Positions 21,644-31,955 of a stretch of 64,000 nt of DNA are shown here, in pieces. Location of the stretch: positions 1,888 through 65,887 of the forward strand of contig CAWDHT010000010.1 of the NCBI GenBank assembly GCA_963802165.1, in the 5' to 3' direction. Within the stretch, counting starts at the first letter, position 1. Each line of letters begins with the position of its first letter. This DNA comes from an uncultured Chloroflexia bacterium (GTDB taxonomy: Bacteria; Chloroflexota; Limnocylindria; Limnocylindrales; CSP1-4). The translations under genes and the position numbers were made by a program. Below the pieces are notes generated by a model that was given only the letters and a program-made list of their open reading frames with translations, did no database searches and was not told the origin of the DNA.

Positions 21644-22084
21644 TCAGCGCCGGAGCGGGTCCGGGATGTCGACCTCCTCGCCGCGCCACATCGAGACCTC
21701 CTCCGTGGACAGGCGGCCGAAGTAGTTGAGGAAGTGGGCGCCGTGCCGCTCCAGGACCGCGGCGGCCTCGAGCATCCGGTCGCGGTCCGCGACGTGGACG
21801 GCAATCACCGCGCGCCCGTCCAGGAGCGCGTGCTCGTACACGAGGAAGTCCGGCGTCTGGTCCATCAGCGTGAACTGGAGCGCTCGGACGAGGCGCGAGA
21901 AGGCGTTCGGATGCTGCCCGAGACGGCCGAGTCGGTCGCGTCCCTCGTCCCCCACCAGCATGACCACCTCGGACGGTTCGAACGCCGCCCCCGTCAGGGC
22001 ATCGACGGCCCCGGCGGCATCCGTCGGGACGTCGATGACGCCGAGGAGACGGTTCGTGGGGTAGGTGATCATGCGACGGGTCAC
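21644..22084 (-). CDS. Hypothetical protein (146 aa)
   Basis: ORF convergent with nirK. No recognisable motif. Confidence 0.45.
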   Translation of the reverse strand: MTRRMITYPTNRLLGVIDVPTDAAGAVDALTGAAFEPSEVVMLVGDEGRDRLGRLGQHPNAFSRLVRALQFTLMDQTPDFLVYEHALLDGRAVIAVHVADRDRMLEAAAVLERHGAHFLNYFGRLSTEEVSMWRGEEVDIPDPLRR

Positions 22085-22096
22085 GTGACGCCCTCG

Positions 22097-23335
22097 TCAG
22101 CCATGGCGTCGGACGGCAGCGGCGCCATAGCCCAGCTCCGCGAGGATCTCGGCGGTGTGCTCGCCGAGCAGGGGCGGGGCGGTGCGGATCGACGCCGGCG
22201 TGGCGGAGAACGAGAACGGCAGCCCGACCTGGCGCACGGCACCCAGCACGGGATGGTCCACGTCTACCGTCATCTCGCGCGCTTGTGCCTGCGCTGACGC
22301 GAACGCGGCGGCGATGTCGTTGATCGGGCCACACGGGATCTCGGCGGCGTCGAGGGCGGCCAGCCAGTCGGCGGTGGGTCGCTCGGCGAAGCGGGCCGCG
22401 AGGATCGGGCGGAGGTCCGCGCGGTTGTCGACGCGGTCGCCATTGGTCGCGAAGCGGATGTCGGCGGCCAGGGCGGGCAGGCCGAGTGCCTCGCACAGGC
22501 GCGGCCACTGGCGCTCGCTGCCAACCGCGACCGCGAGATCGCCGTCGGCCGTGGCGAAGGTCTCGTACGGGACGAGGTTCGGATGAGCGTTGCCGAGGCG
22601 CCCGGGCGCCCGGCCGGTGACGAACGCGTTCTGGGCCTGGTTGACGAGGACGGCGAGGGTCGACTCGAGGAGGCTGACGTCGATGCGCTGGCCGCGGGGT
22701 CCATCGGCCGTGGCCGTCCGCCCGCGGCCCACCAGGCCCGCGAGGATCGAGACCGCGCCGAACAGCCCGGTGACCACGTCGGTGATCGCGACGCCCACCT
22801 TCGTCGGCCGGCCGCCGTCGGCGTCGGCGTCGCCCGTGATCGACATCAGGCCGCCAACGGCCTGGACCACGAAGTCATAGCCCGGCTTCCGGGCGTCCGG
22901 CCCGTCCGGCCCGAACCCGCTGATGGCGAGGTGGACGAGGTCCGGGTTGAGGACATCGAGCGCGTCATCGCCAAAGCCGAGGCGCTCGAGGCCGCCGGCG
23001 CGGAAGTTCTCGACGAAGACGTCGCTGGTCACCAGGAGGCGGCGGAGGACCTCGCGACCCTCCTCGCGCTTGAGATCCACCCGGATGGAGCGCTTGTTGC
23101 GGTTGACCGAGAGGAAGTAGGCCGCGGTCCGGGTGCCGGTCGCCTGGTCACCCACCCACGGCGGGCCCCAGGTCCGGGTCGCGTCACCCTCGGGCGGCTC
23201 CACCTTGATGACGTCGGCGCCCAGGTCCGCGAGGAGCATCGTGCAGTACGGACCGGCGAGGACCGTGGAGCAGTCGGCGACGCGGATCCCGGCGAGGGGG
23301 CCGGGCGCGGCTGCGGGATCGGCGGCGGGAGGCAT
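22097..23335 (-). CDS. Family III CoA-transferase (CaiB/BaiF)
   Basis: 412 aa. The N-terminus (…LAGIRVADCSTVLAGPYCTMLLADLGADVIKVE…) and overall length are typical of the family. Confidence 0.88.
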   Translation of the reverse strand: MPPAADPAAAPGPLAGIRVADCSTVLAGPYCTMLLADLGADVIKVEPPEGDATRTWGPPWVGDQATGTRTAAYFLSVNRNKRSIRVDLKREEGREVLRRLLVTSDVFVENFRAGGLERLGFGDDALDVLNPDLVHLAISGFGPDGPDARKPGYDFVVQAVGGLMSITGDADADGGRPTKVGVAITDVVTGLFGAVSILAGLVGRGRTATADGPRGQRIDVSLLESTLAVLVNQAQNAFVTGRAPGRLGNAHPNLVPYETFATADGDLAVAVGSERQWPRLCEALGLPALAADIRFATNGDRVDNRADLRPILAARFAERPTADWLAALDAAEIPCGPINDIAAAFASAQAQAREMTVDVDHPVLGAVRQVGLPFSFSATPASIRTAPPLLGEHTAEILAELGYGAAAVRRHG

Positions 23336-23358
23336 CGCGTTCGATGGTAGGGGGCGCG

Positions 23359-23889
23359 TCAGCCCCCTGGGGCCGGTTCCGGGGCGGGTTCGGGGTCAGG
23401 AGCGGGTTCCGGCACCGTGATGTCCACGACCTGCGCGCCCGCCGCGCGGACCAGGTCCGCCGGCGCCAGGTGCACGTTCAGGCCCCGCGCCCCGCCGCCG
23501 ATCGCCACGACCTCCAGCCCTTCGATCGAGGCGTCCGCGATCACCGGCCACGGTCGTCGGGCACCGAACGGGGTGATCGCGCCGCGGACGTAGCCCGTCT
23601 CGGCCTTGGCCTCCTCCTCGGTGGGCAGCGTGAGCCGGTTCGTGCCCAGCAGCGTGCGCAGGGCCGGCCAGTTGAACCGGCGCCCCCCGGGGACGAGGAC
23701 GAAGAAGAAGTCGTCGGCCGCGCGACGGACGAGGATCGAGCGCAGCAGGCTGCCGACCGGGATCCCCTGGAACGCGGCGCTCTCCTCGGCGCTGCGGGCG
23801 ATCTCGGTCCGGACGACACGAAACGGGACGCCGGCGGCCTCGAGAGCGGCGATGGCCGGGGTGCTGGGGAGCGCGGGCTGGTCGGTCAT
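23359..23889 (-). CDS. ybaK: YbaK/ProX-type aminoacyl-tRNA deacylase domain protein
   Basis: MTDQPALPSTPAIAALEAAGVPFRVV… The start is set at the ATG at 23889; the ORF track extends it to 24789. Confidence 0.78.
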   Translation of the reverse strand: MTDQPALPSTPAIAALEAAGVPFRVVRTEIARSAEESAAFQGIPVGSLLRSILVRRAADDFFFVLVPGGRRFNWPALRTLLGTNRLTLPTEEEAKAETGYVRGAITPFGARRPWPVIADASIEGLEVVAIGGGARGLNVHLAPADLVRAAGAQVVDITVPEPAPDPEPAPEPAPGG

Positions 23890-23994
23890 CGGCGCAGGGT
23901 AACGCGGCCGGCCGTGCGGGGCTCGCGGCTGTCGCCTGAGCGGACATGCTGATCCATGGGTGCGCCCGGGAGATGAGGACGTCACCATTGCGGC

Positions 23995-24875
23995 ATGAGG
24001 CTGCTTGTTCGAGGGATGATCGTCGCCGCGCTCGTGGCGGGGACGGCGGTGGCGGCACGGACCGTGGCGCGAACCCTGGCCCCCTGGCGCGTACCCGCGG
24101 ACAGCCCCGCAGCCTTCCTGCGACGCGGCCGCGCGCCGGCCACCCGCACCCTCGTGGTGTGTGCAGGTGACAGCTTCACCCACGGCGTCATGAGCGCGGA
24201 CTACCTGGAGCTGCTTCGCGCCCGCCCCGGAAGCGACGGCTTCGAGTTCGTGAACGCCGGGATCAACGGCAACCTTGCGTGGAACGTCCTGCAGCGCCTG
24301 GACGACGTGGTCGCGTCCCGCCCGGATGCCGTGACGCTCCTGGTCGGGACCAACGACGTCCTCGCCACGCTTGGCCCGCCGTGGGAGCCGATGTACCGGC
24401 GCCAGCAGCACATCCCGGTGACGCCGACCCTGGCCTGGTACGTCGAGAACGTCCGCGGGATCATCGATCGCCTGCGAGCCGAGACCGGGGCCCGGCTGGC
24501 GATCCTGGACCTGCCGCCGCTCGGGAGAGGACCTCGACAGCGCGCTCAATGACACGGTCCGCGAGTACAACACGGCCCTGCGGGACGAGGCTGTCGGCGG
24601 CCAGGCGTCCCGGTCCTGCCGCTCCACGACCGCCTCGTCGCGCTGCTCCCGGAGGACCACACGCCACCACCCTTCGAGGGACGCCGGGACCTCATGGGCT
24701 CGGCGATCGCACGGCACCTGGTGCTGCGAACGTCGTGGAACGAGATCTCCGATGCCCACGGCCTGGCGCTGCTGACCGACCACGTCCACCTCAGCGACCG
24801 GGCCGCGGCCGTGGTCGCGGAGCTGATCGCGGACTGGCTGGCGCCCGAGAGGACCCGCTCACAACCCCAGCGTGA
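23995..24875 (+). CDS. SGNH/GDSL hydrolase, broken by two apparent frameshifts
   Basis: GDS block (VVCAGDSFTHG) in frame 1, GEDLDSALNDTVREYNTALRDEAV in frame 2 (~24527-24600) and the DHVHLS (DxxH) block in frame 3. The position of the stop is uncertain. Confidence 0.65.
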
Positions 24876-25533
24876 ACAGGATCCCGTCCCAGTTCTCGCG
24901 CAGGTCCCAGAGCGCGACGGCGATCAGCAGCAGGCCGGATCCGATCTCGATCGCCCGGTGGTGCGACGTCACGAAGCGCACGACCGACCGCTGCCGCGCC
25001 CCGGCCAGCAGCGAGAGCACCACCAGGGGCAGTCCGAACCCCAGCCCGAAGACGATGAACGTCACCAGCCCCAGCACGGCGTCGCCGAAGCCCACGGACA
25101 CGGCGATCAGCGCCGCGAGGAACGGCCCGGCGCAGGGCAGGGCGATGGGGCCCAGCATCATCCCGTAGACATACGCCTGGCCGTAGGGGTTGCGGACCAC
25201 CGGCACGGCCATGCCCGGCAGCCGGTTGAACGGGTTGCGCCCGGCGAGCAGCAGCAGGCCAAGGACGATCAGGAACCCGTCCACGAGCGGCACGAGGAAC
25301 GACGCGATGCGCCCGATCGGTGCGGACACCGCGACCAGCACCACCCCGATGAGCACCATCGTGGTCAGCAGCCCCATCAGGACCAGGAGGCCCAGGAATC
25401 CCGTGGCCCGCCGCCCGGACAGCGACTCCGCGTTCGCGGCGAGGTACGCGAGGAAGCTTGGGTAGAGCGGCAGGAGGCAGGGGCTCGCGGCGCTCGCGAG
25501 GCCCGCCGCGAAGACCGCGACGAGCTCACCCAT
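24859..25533 (-). CDS. ccdA: Cytochrome c-type biogenesis protein CcdA (DsbD-like thiol-disulfide transporter)
   Basis: 224 aa starting at MGELVAV…; 6 TMs with conserved Cys in TM1 and TM4. Its start overlaps the stop of the upstream thioredoxin-like gene (TGATG). The ORF track extends it to 25854. Confidence 0.85.
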   Translation of the reverse strand: MGELVAVFAAGLASAASPCLLPLYPSFLAYLAANAESLSGRRATGFLGLLVLMGLLTTMVLIGVVLVAVSAPIGRIASFLVPLVDGFLIVLGLLLLAGRNPFNRLPGMAVPVVRNPYGQAYVYGMMLGPIALPCAGPFLAALIAVSVGFGDAVLGLVTFIVFGLGFGLPLVVLSLLAGARQRSVVRFVTSHHRAIEIGSGLLLIAVALWDLRENWDGILFTLGL

Positions 25534-26225
25534 CAGGCGCCGGCCTTCTCCACGATCTGCTCGACGGACTCCGGGCCGGTTGAGAACTCGACCTCGCCGG
25601 TGGGCGAGACGAAGATGACGGGCACGCTGGGCGGGTTGATGGCGTTCGGGCCGAACTCCGCATCCAACGCCTTGGCCAGCTCCTTGCCGGCGACGGCATA
25701 GCGGCCCGTGAACCCGCGCTCGGACTTGTAGCGCGCGAGGTCCTCGGCAGTCTCGGACGGGTCCACGGTGAGCACGATGTACTCGGCTGTGCCCGGTTCC
25801 AGCTGGCCGAACGCCTCGGTGAAGCGGCCCTGCTGCGCGCGGCAGTTGCTGCACCAGATGGCCATGCTCTCGATGAACAGCGGCTTGCCGGCGAGCTCCG
25901 CGATCGTGAACGTCTCGCCGGTCTCGACATCCGTGAGCGGGGCAGTTGCCCAGGGCTTCGAGGCCAGCGCGGCGCAGCGGCTGGGTTGGCCGTCGGGCTC
26001 GATCGAGGCGGCCGCCGCATCCGACGGGACGGGGACCATCGATTCGGGCGCCATCGACGCCGCATCCGAGGGAACCGGGGCCATCGATTCGGGAGCCATC
26101 GACGCCGTGCCGGGCTCGGTGGCGGCGGGAACCGTCGCCGGGGCGGTCGAGCCGCCACAGGCCGCGAGGGCCAGCGCCCCGAGCAGCGCCAGTGCTCCCA
26201 GGCGCATCGTGATCGTGCGTGTCAT
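25533..26225 (-). CDS. Thioredoxin-fold thiol:disulfide oxidoreductase lipoprotein (TlpA/ResA-like)
   Basis: Lipoprotein signal (MRLGALALLGALALAAC) and a WCSNC CxxC motif. The start is set at the ATG at 26225 preceded by GAGGAC. Coupled to ccdA. Confidence 0.8.
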   Translation of the reverse strand: MTRTITMRLGALALLGALALAACGGSTAPATVPAATEPGTASMAPESMAPVPSDAASMAPESMVPVPSDAAAASIEPDGQPSRCAALASKPWATAPLTDVETGETFTIAELAGKPLFIESMAIWCSNCRAQQGRFTEAFGQLEPGTAEYIVLTVDPSETAEDLARYKSERGFTGRYAVAGKELAKALDAEFGPNAINPPSVPVIFVSPTGEVEFSTGPESVEQIVEKAGA

Positions 26226-26332
26226 CAGGTGCAGGTCCTCGTGATCTTGGTTGCCGGGGTCACTGTGCCGTCCGTTCGTGACGCGCCCGTGACGGGTCGC
26301 TTCTCCATGGCTCGAGGGCGGGCGGCAGTAGG

Positions 26333-27334
26333 ATGCACCCCATGACCGACGAGACGTCACAGCCCGCCCCCCACGTCCCCACCCTGATGACGGTGCACGC
26401 CCACCCCGACGACGAGGTCATCGGCACTGGCGGCACCATGGCGAAAGCCGTGATCGAGGGCCGCCGGGTGGTGCTCATCACCTGCACCCGCGGCGAGATG
26501 GGCGACATCGTGGTCCCCGAGCTGGACACCCCGGACAACCATCGCCGCCTGGGCGAGATCCGCGCCGCCGAGCTGGAGCAGGCGATGGCCGCCCTTGGCG
26601 TCACCGAGTGGGAGAACCTGGGCTACCACGACTCGGACATGATGGGCCGCCCGGGAAACCGCGACCCGCGGACCTTCTGGCAGGCGAACCTCGACGAGGC
26701 GATCGGGCGCCTGGTCTGGATGGTGCGGCGATACCGGCCGGACGTCATGACCACCTACAACGACTTCGGCGGGTACGGGCACCCGGACCATATCCGGACG
26801 CATCTCGTGGCCGTCGGCGCGTTCGCCCGCGCGGGCGACCCGGCCTGGTACCCGGAGCAGCTGGCGCCCGAGCACGGCGGGACGGGCGCGGCCGAGGACG
26901 AGGGGGGCCTCGCCCCGTGGGCACCGGCCAAGCTCTACGAGCAGGCGATCCCGGCCTCGGTCCGCACGGCGCTCCAGGAGCGGATGGAGGCCATCGGCGA
27001 GCGCTCCTTCTGGAGCCCGCCGGAGGACGCCACCCCGGAGCAGCTCGCCGAGTTCGAGGCGTTCGCCGCCCGGATGCTCGTCCCGGACGAGACGGTCACG
27101 GCCTGGGTGGACGTGTCGGCGCAGCTCGACCAGCGCTGGGAGGCATTCCGCGCCCACGTCACCCAGATCAGCGGCGAGAACCCGTTCGTGCGCTTCGGCC
27201 GCGATGCATGGGCGGAGTTCTGGTCCCGGGAGGCGTTCGTGCGCCGCGAGACGCGTGTCCCGGCCCCCGACCACGAGGACGACCTGTTCGCGGGACTGGA
27301 CGACGCGGTGCCCGGTCCGTACGGCTGGGGCTGA
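26333..27334 (+). CDS. PIG-L/LmbE-family N-acetylglucosaminyl deacetylase (MshB/Mca-like)
   Basis: VHAHPDDE zinc-binding motif and …GGYGHPDHIRTH…. Confidence 0.85.
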   Translation: MHPMTDETSQPAPHVPTLMTVHAHPDDEVIGTGGTMAKAVIEGRRVVLITCTRGEMGDIVVPELDTPDNHRRLGEIRAAELEQAMAALGVTEWENLGYHDSDMMGRPGNRDPRTFWQANLDEAIGRLVWMVRRYRPDVMTTYNDFGGYGHPDHIRTHLVAVGAFARAGDPAWYPEQLAPEHGGTGAAEDEGGLAPWAPAKLYEQAIPASVRTALQERMEAIGERSFWSPPEDATPEQLAEFEAFAARMLVPDETVTAWVDVSAQLDQRWEAFRAHVTQISGENPFVRFGRDAWAEFWSREAFVRRETRVPAPDHEDDLFAGLDDAVPGPYGWG

Positions 27335-27698
27335 GCCGCTGCGGCCTGGAGCCGACGCCCCTTCGGCTGAGCGTCGGTGTTCCCTGGGGGGTCGGTGTCC
27401 CTGGAGCCGATCCCCTTCGGCTGAGCTGAACCCGCTGGACCCCGCGTGACGGCGGTCCCGGCTCGGACCGCGTCGCTCACCTGGGCGCCCGGCGCACCAA
27501 CGGGCGCATGGCGCGACGGGATGTGCGCCCCGCCACCCGTTTCGCGCACCCGACTCCCGTGCGTCGCGACGTTCGGAGCGTCCAGCGCACCGTCTGTCCC
27601 GCCGCGCGCTGGTTAGGGCGTCCGGCGCACCGACGACACCCGGCGCACCGACGACACCCAGCGGCCGCGACACCCAGCGGCGCGACGCCGCCCGGCCC

Positions 27699-29515
27699 CT
27701 ACCAGTCCAGCAGGCCCTTCGACGCCTTCCAGACCTGGTCCATCACGAACTTGCCGGATCCCGCCGGGTCCATGAAGTTCGGCTGGGCCTTGCCCAGGAT
27801 CAGGTGCGGTCGCATCCGGGCCTGGGCCAGCTCCTTGCCGCGGAACGTGAGCTCCAGGGTCAGGCCCTCCATCGTGTACTCGGACCACGTCTGGTCGAAC
27901 ACGAAGTTGCCCAGCGCGTACCAGATGGGCTTGCCCTTGTAGACCTCCATGCCCTCGGCCCAGTGGGGGTGGTTGCCGATGACGAGGTCAGCGCCCGCGT
28001 CGATGGCCGCCTGGCCCAGCCGCCGCTGCGCCGCCGACGGGGCCGCCCGGTACTCCACGCCCCAGTGCGGGAACACGACGACGACGTCGGCGCCCGCCTT
28101 GCGTGCGGCCTTGATGTCGGCCTTGAGCCCCTTGACGGTCATCCGGGCGCTGCCCGGGGTATCCGCGTCCGCGTTGTAGACACGCGCGATCTGGTCATAG
28201 CCAAGGAGCCCGACGGTCACGTCCCCGGCCTTGAGCAGGGTCGCCTTGTGAGCCGCGGTCGCGTTCTTGCCCAGGCCGCCGTGTGCCAGGCCGTAGCGGT
28301 CCAGGTTCTTCATCGTCTGGAGCATGCCCTTGCGCCCGGCGTCACCGATGTGGTTGTTGGCGAGGGACACCCAGTCCAGGCCGGCATCCACCAGGCCCTT
28401 GATGTGCTTGGGGTTGGCCGAGAACACCGTGCCCTTGCCGTGCCAGCGGAACGCGTCGGGAGCGGGGTTCTCGAAGTTGGCGATGGCGATGTCGGCGCTC
28501 GAGATGAGCTCGCGGACGATGCCCGCGTTCCCGGTCCGCTTCGTGTAGGGCAGGTCCCAGCCCATGGGCGAGCAGTCCTTGCAGCGTCCGGTGATCTCCA
28601 CGGTTCCGCCGTCGAACGGGAAGTCGCGCCGCGCTTGCTGCCCTGGATCGCGAGCGAGACGCCCCGGTCCAGCAGGATGTCGCCACCGGCAACCATGGTC
28701 CACGCATCGCCCGGGTCATACGCAGGTGTCTCCGGTCCGGGGAGGCGGGCCGTCAGCGGCCACTTGGCGAGGCTCTTGACCCGACTCGTGCCGAACAGGC
28801 TCTTGCCACCCCACGCGAGCGCCCGCACGGACGGTCCGACCTGGTCCGCGCGCAGGAACGCGACGCGGCCACGGTTGGCGGCGAGGTTCTCCGCAAGCGC
28901 CTCCGCGGACGCGACGGTGACCAGGCGCTTGCCCAGGTCGTCGCGCGTCAGGCCGAGGGACGCAAGGATGGCGTCCGCGTCGTCCTCGACCAGGACCAGG
29001 GCCTTGAACGGCGAGCCGCCGGTCGCAAGCTCCTCGATGTCGGTGGCGCGGACTCCGGACCGGGCGGATCGGAAGTGGGTGACCGGAACGATCGCGACGT
29101 CGGCCTCGGCGAGGAGGGGCGCGGACTCCTCGGGTTCGGGCTCCTCGGGCGCGGGCGCCTCGCCTTCATCGTCCGGAGGCGGCTCCGTGGGGCTCGCGGC
29201 ACCGGGATCAGTGCGATCGGCTGGAGCGGTCCGCTCGGCAGCGGCGACGTCGGACACTCCCGGAGCGTCCGCGGCAGCAGACCCGGTGGGGCCCGGCCCG
29301 CCGCCGGACACGCCGGACAGGATCCCGCCGCCGAACCCCAGGCCGATCACCAGCACCAGCGCGACAACGCCGAGCGCCACCAGGACCGCGGAGCTGCGCG
29401 AGCCACCCGGCCCGGATCCCCCCGCGTCGCGGCGGGCCGGTCCTTGAGATACCGGGTGGGCGCCGCTCCGCGGGTTCGCCTGGCGCGGGTCGTACTGGGG
29501 GTCGCGGACGCTCAC
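27699..29515 (-). CDS. Membrane-anchored CapA-family (PGA_cap metallophosphatase-like) protein with one apparent frameshift
   Basis: An N-terminal TM and Pro/Glu linker then WTMVAGGDILLDRGVS in the upstream frame (28310..29515). The remainder of the CapA domain (…LANNHIGDAGRKG…VVFPHWGVEY…GNHPHWAEGME…) continues in the 27699..28703 frame. The junction lies at ~28620-28640. Confidence 0.7.
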
Positions 29516-29759
29516 GGTGCGTGATTGTAAGCGCAGGCAGCGATTCCCCTCACCGAGCGAGGGCAGATGCGCCCCGGACGGCCACCTGTGGGCTTAAGGG
29601 CGGCGCCCCGTCCGGGCGGGCGGACGGGGCGCGGGAGGAATCATCTCGAGGGCCCGTGGCGGGCCGGCGGGATGATACACGGGGTCCCCCGTTTCGCGCG
29701 ACCGAACGGTCCCGCGGGCGGTCGCCAGCGGGACCTTGGTTGCGCCGATGTCGCGGGGA

Positions 29760-30024
29760 TCAGTCGCCGCTGAAGTTGAAGGCGCCGATCACCATGCGGA
29801 CGACGATGGCGATGGCCGTCGCGAACAGGGCCGAGACCCAGATGCTCGTGATGCCATCCGTCCCGATGACGGTGTCCAGGAGCCAGCCGAGGATGACCGC
29901 GGCGATGAGGCCGATGGCGAGGCTGGGCATCCAGCCGCGCAGCGTGCGCCCTCCCGCGATGACACCCGGAGACGAGCCCGGCGATCAGGCCGACGACGAT
30001 CCAGCCGACAAACGTGAGGTCCAT
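29760..30024 (-). CDS. GlsB/YeaQ/YmgE-family small membrane protein, frameshifted after about codon 21
   Basis: MDLTFVGWIVVGLIAGLVSG…, then out of frame. The neighbouring frame continues IAGGRTLRGWMPSLAIGLIAAVILGWLLDTVIG…FNFSGD*, the canonical remainder of the family. Confidence 0.6.
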
Positions 30025-30142
30025 GGGCGGACTATGGCATATCGCACGACGCGCGCATCACAGATTCGGGTGAGGCGGCAGCGATGCGGTCGCTCGACAT
30101 CCCGCGTGCGGTGGTGGCGCTCGCACGGGACGGAGGAGTGGA

Positions 30143-30219
30143 TGGCGGACCCGACCGGATTCGAACCGGCGATCTCCAGCGTGACAGGCTGGCATGTTGG
30201 GCCGCTACACCACGGGTCC
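30143..30219 (-). tRNA. tRNA-Asp (anticodon GTC)
   Basis: Manual cloverleaf: acceptor GGACCCG/CGGGTCC, D-arm with GG, anticodon stem CCAGC/GCTGG with loop CTGTCAC, T-arm GCCGG-TTCGAAT-CCGGT, and an encoded CCA. Confidence 0.88.
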
Positions 30220-30445
30220 GCGACCGGTGGCGGATGATAGCAGGGACCCCCCGATGCCGCCACCTGCGCGGAGCGTACACGATCGTGGCGGGCCGACCCT
30301 CGCCGTATACTCCGCGTGCCTGCCGCACCCGTCCCCGGGCCGCCGCCGTGAGGCGGCACGCGACCGGCGCCTCGAACCGGATCCACGCTCCGACGTCGTC
30401 GCCTCGTCCGCGCCGCCGCCGACCCCAGGACGGAGGACATCCATG

Positions 30446-31650
30446 ACGCTCAGCGCTTCCCCGGCGGCGAGGTCGCACGCCCGCGAGCGCTGGCACGTCC
30501 TCGCGGACCGCCTGAGGACGATCCGTCCTGAGGCCCTGGCCAAGGGCGCCATCGGGATCACCCTCATCGCGGTGTCGGTGCAGCTGGTCGTGGCCTCGTG
30601 GCCGGCGCTGTTGCCGTTCGTCGTCGGCGCGGTGCTGGCCTACGCCGTCCTGCCCCTCGCGAACCGTCTCGACAGGTTCATGCCGCGCGTCCTGGCCGCG
30701 CTCCTCGCGGAGCTCGTGGCGGTGGCGCTGCTGGTGGGCGTGGTGGCGGTCGTCGTGCCCCCGCTCATCGGTGGCATCGGCACCGTGGCGGACAAGCTTC
30801 CGAACCCCGAGGCGATCCGCGCCGCGGTCGCCGACCTGCAGGCCCAGATCGGCAGCCATCCCCGAGCCAATGCGGACGATCGTCCTTGCCCTCATGTCGG
30901 AGGTCACGACCAATCTGCAGGGCGCCCTCAGCGGGGTGTCGGCAAAGGCCGGCGAGTTGATCACGAGCCAGCTGCTGGGCATCTTCGGGACGCTGAGCAC
31001 GGTGCTGGGGCTGCTCGTGATCCCGACCTGGATCCTCACGCTCGTCGCCGACGAGCGTGCCGTCAAGCAGCGCGGCGCCCGCCTGTTCCCCGAGGCGATC
31101 CGGGCCGATGTGGCCGCACTGTTCCGGATCGCGGACCGGGTGGCGTCGACGTACCTCCGTGTCCGGGTGCTGCTCGCCGTCGCCACCGGCCTGTTCGTCT
31201 ACGCGGGCATCTCGATCGCGAATCAGCTGGGTATCGGCGATGGCCGGTACGCGGTTGCCGCGGCCGTGCTGCTCGGCGCCCTGCAGCTCATCCCGGAGCT
31301 CGGTTTCCTGCTCGGCTTCGTGGCGCTCCTGATCCCGCTCGCCATCGGCGGGCCGGAGGCCGCCATCGCGTTCGCGCTGATCTACATCGGTTCCGTGAAG
31401 GCGGCGTCGACGCTGCTCGAAGGCAGGCTGAGCCGCGGCGTCCTCGATGTCCATCCCGGCGTGCTCATCCCCGGCATCGTGGTCCTCAGCCAGTTCGGAG
31501 CAATCTGGCTCTTCGCGGCCGCCCCGATCATGGCGATCGTCCGGGATCTCGTGCGCTACGCCAACGCCCGGCTTGCCGATCCCCCCGGTGCCGCAGGCGT
31601 CCTGCCCGGCGAGAAGGTGCGGAGCGCCAGGACCAGCAACCGCGCGGGCA
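30446..31650 (+). CDS. AI-2E family (PerM/YhhT) transporter, copy 1, with one apparent frameshift near 30855; 3' end uncertain
   Basis: The N-terminal 140 aa are in the frame starting at 30446. The remainder (…LSGVSAKAGELITSQLLGIFGTLSTVLGLLVIPTWI…IYIGSVKAASTLLEG…) is in the 30771 frame. No stop separates it from the downstream SPFH gene in that frame. Confidence 0.62.
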
Positions 31651-31955
31651 ACCCGGTTCCCTCCGTGTACCGGGCTCCCGCGCCACCTGCCCCGGCCGCA
31701 CGACCGGCATCTGCGAGCGCGAGCAGCCCGACGGCGGCACTCGCCGCGATGTCGGCGGCCACCGTAGCCGCCGTCGCATCCACCGTGTCAGGCGGCCCGC
31801 GTTCCCCGGCCGGCCCGCCAGCACGCGTCGCCCGCCCGGTCCTTGGCCCAGGCCCCCGTCCCGGCCGTCTATGCCGCCGTCCTGCGCAGGACCGCGGCCC
31901 GCCCGCCCAGCGTCAGCCCGAGGAGCACCCAGCCGTGACCGACGATCCCGCCCGC

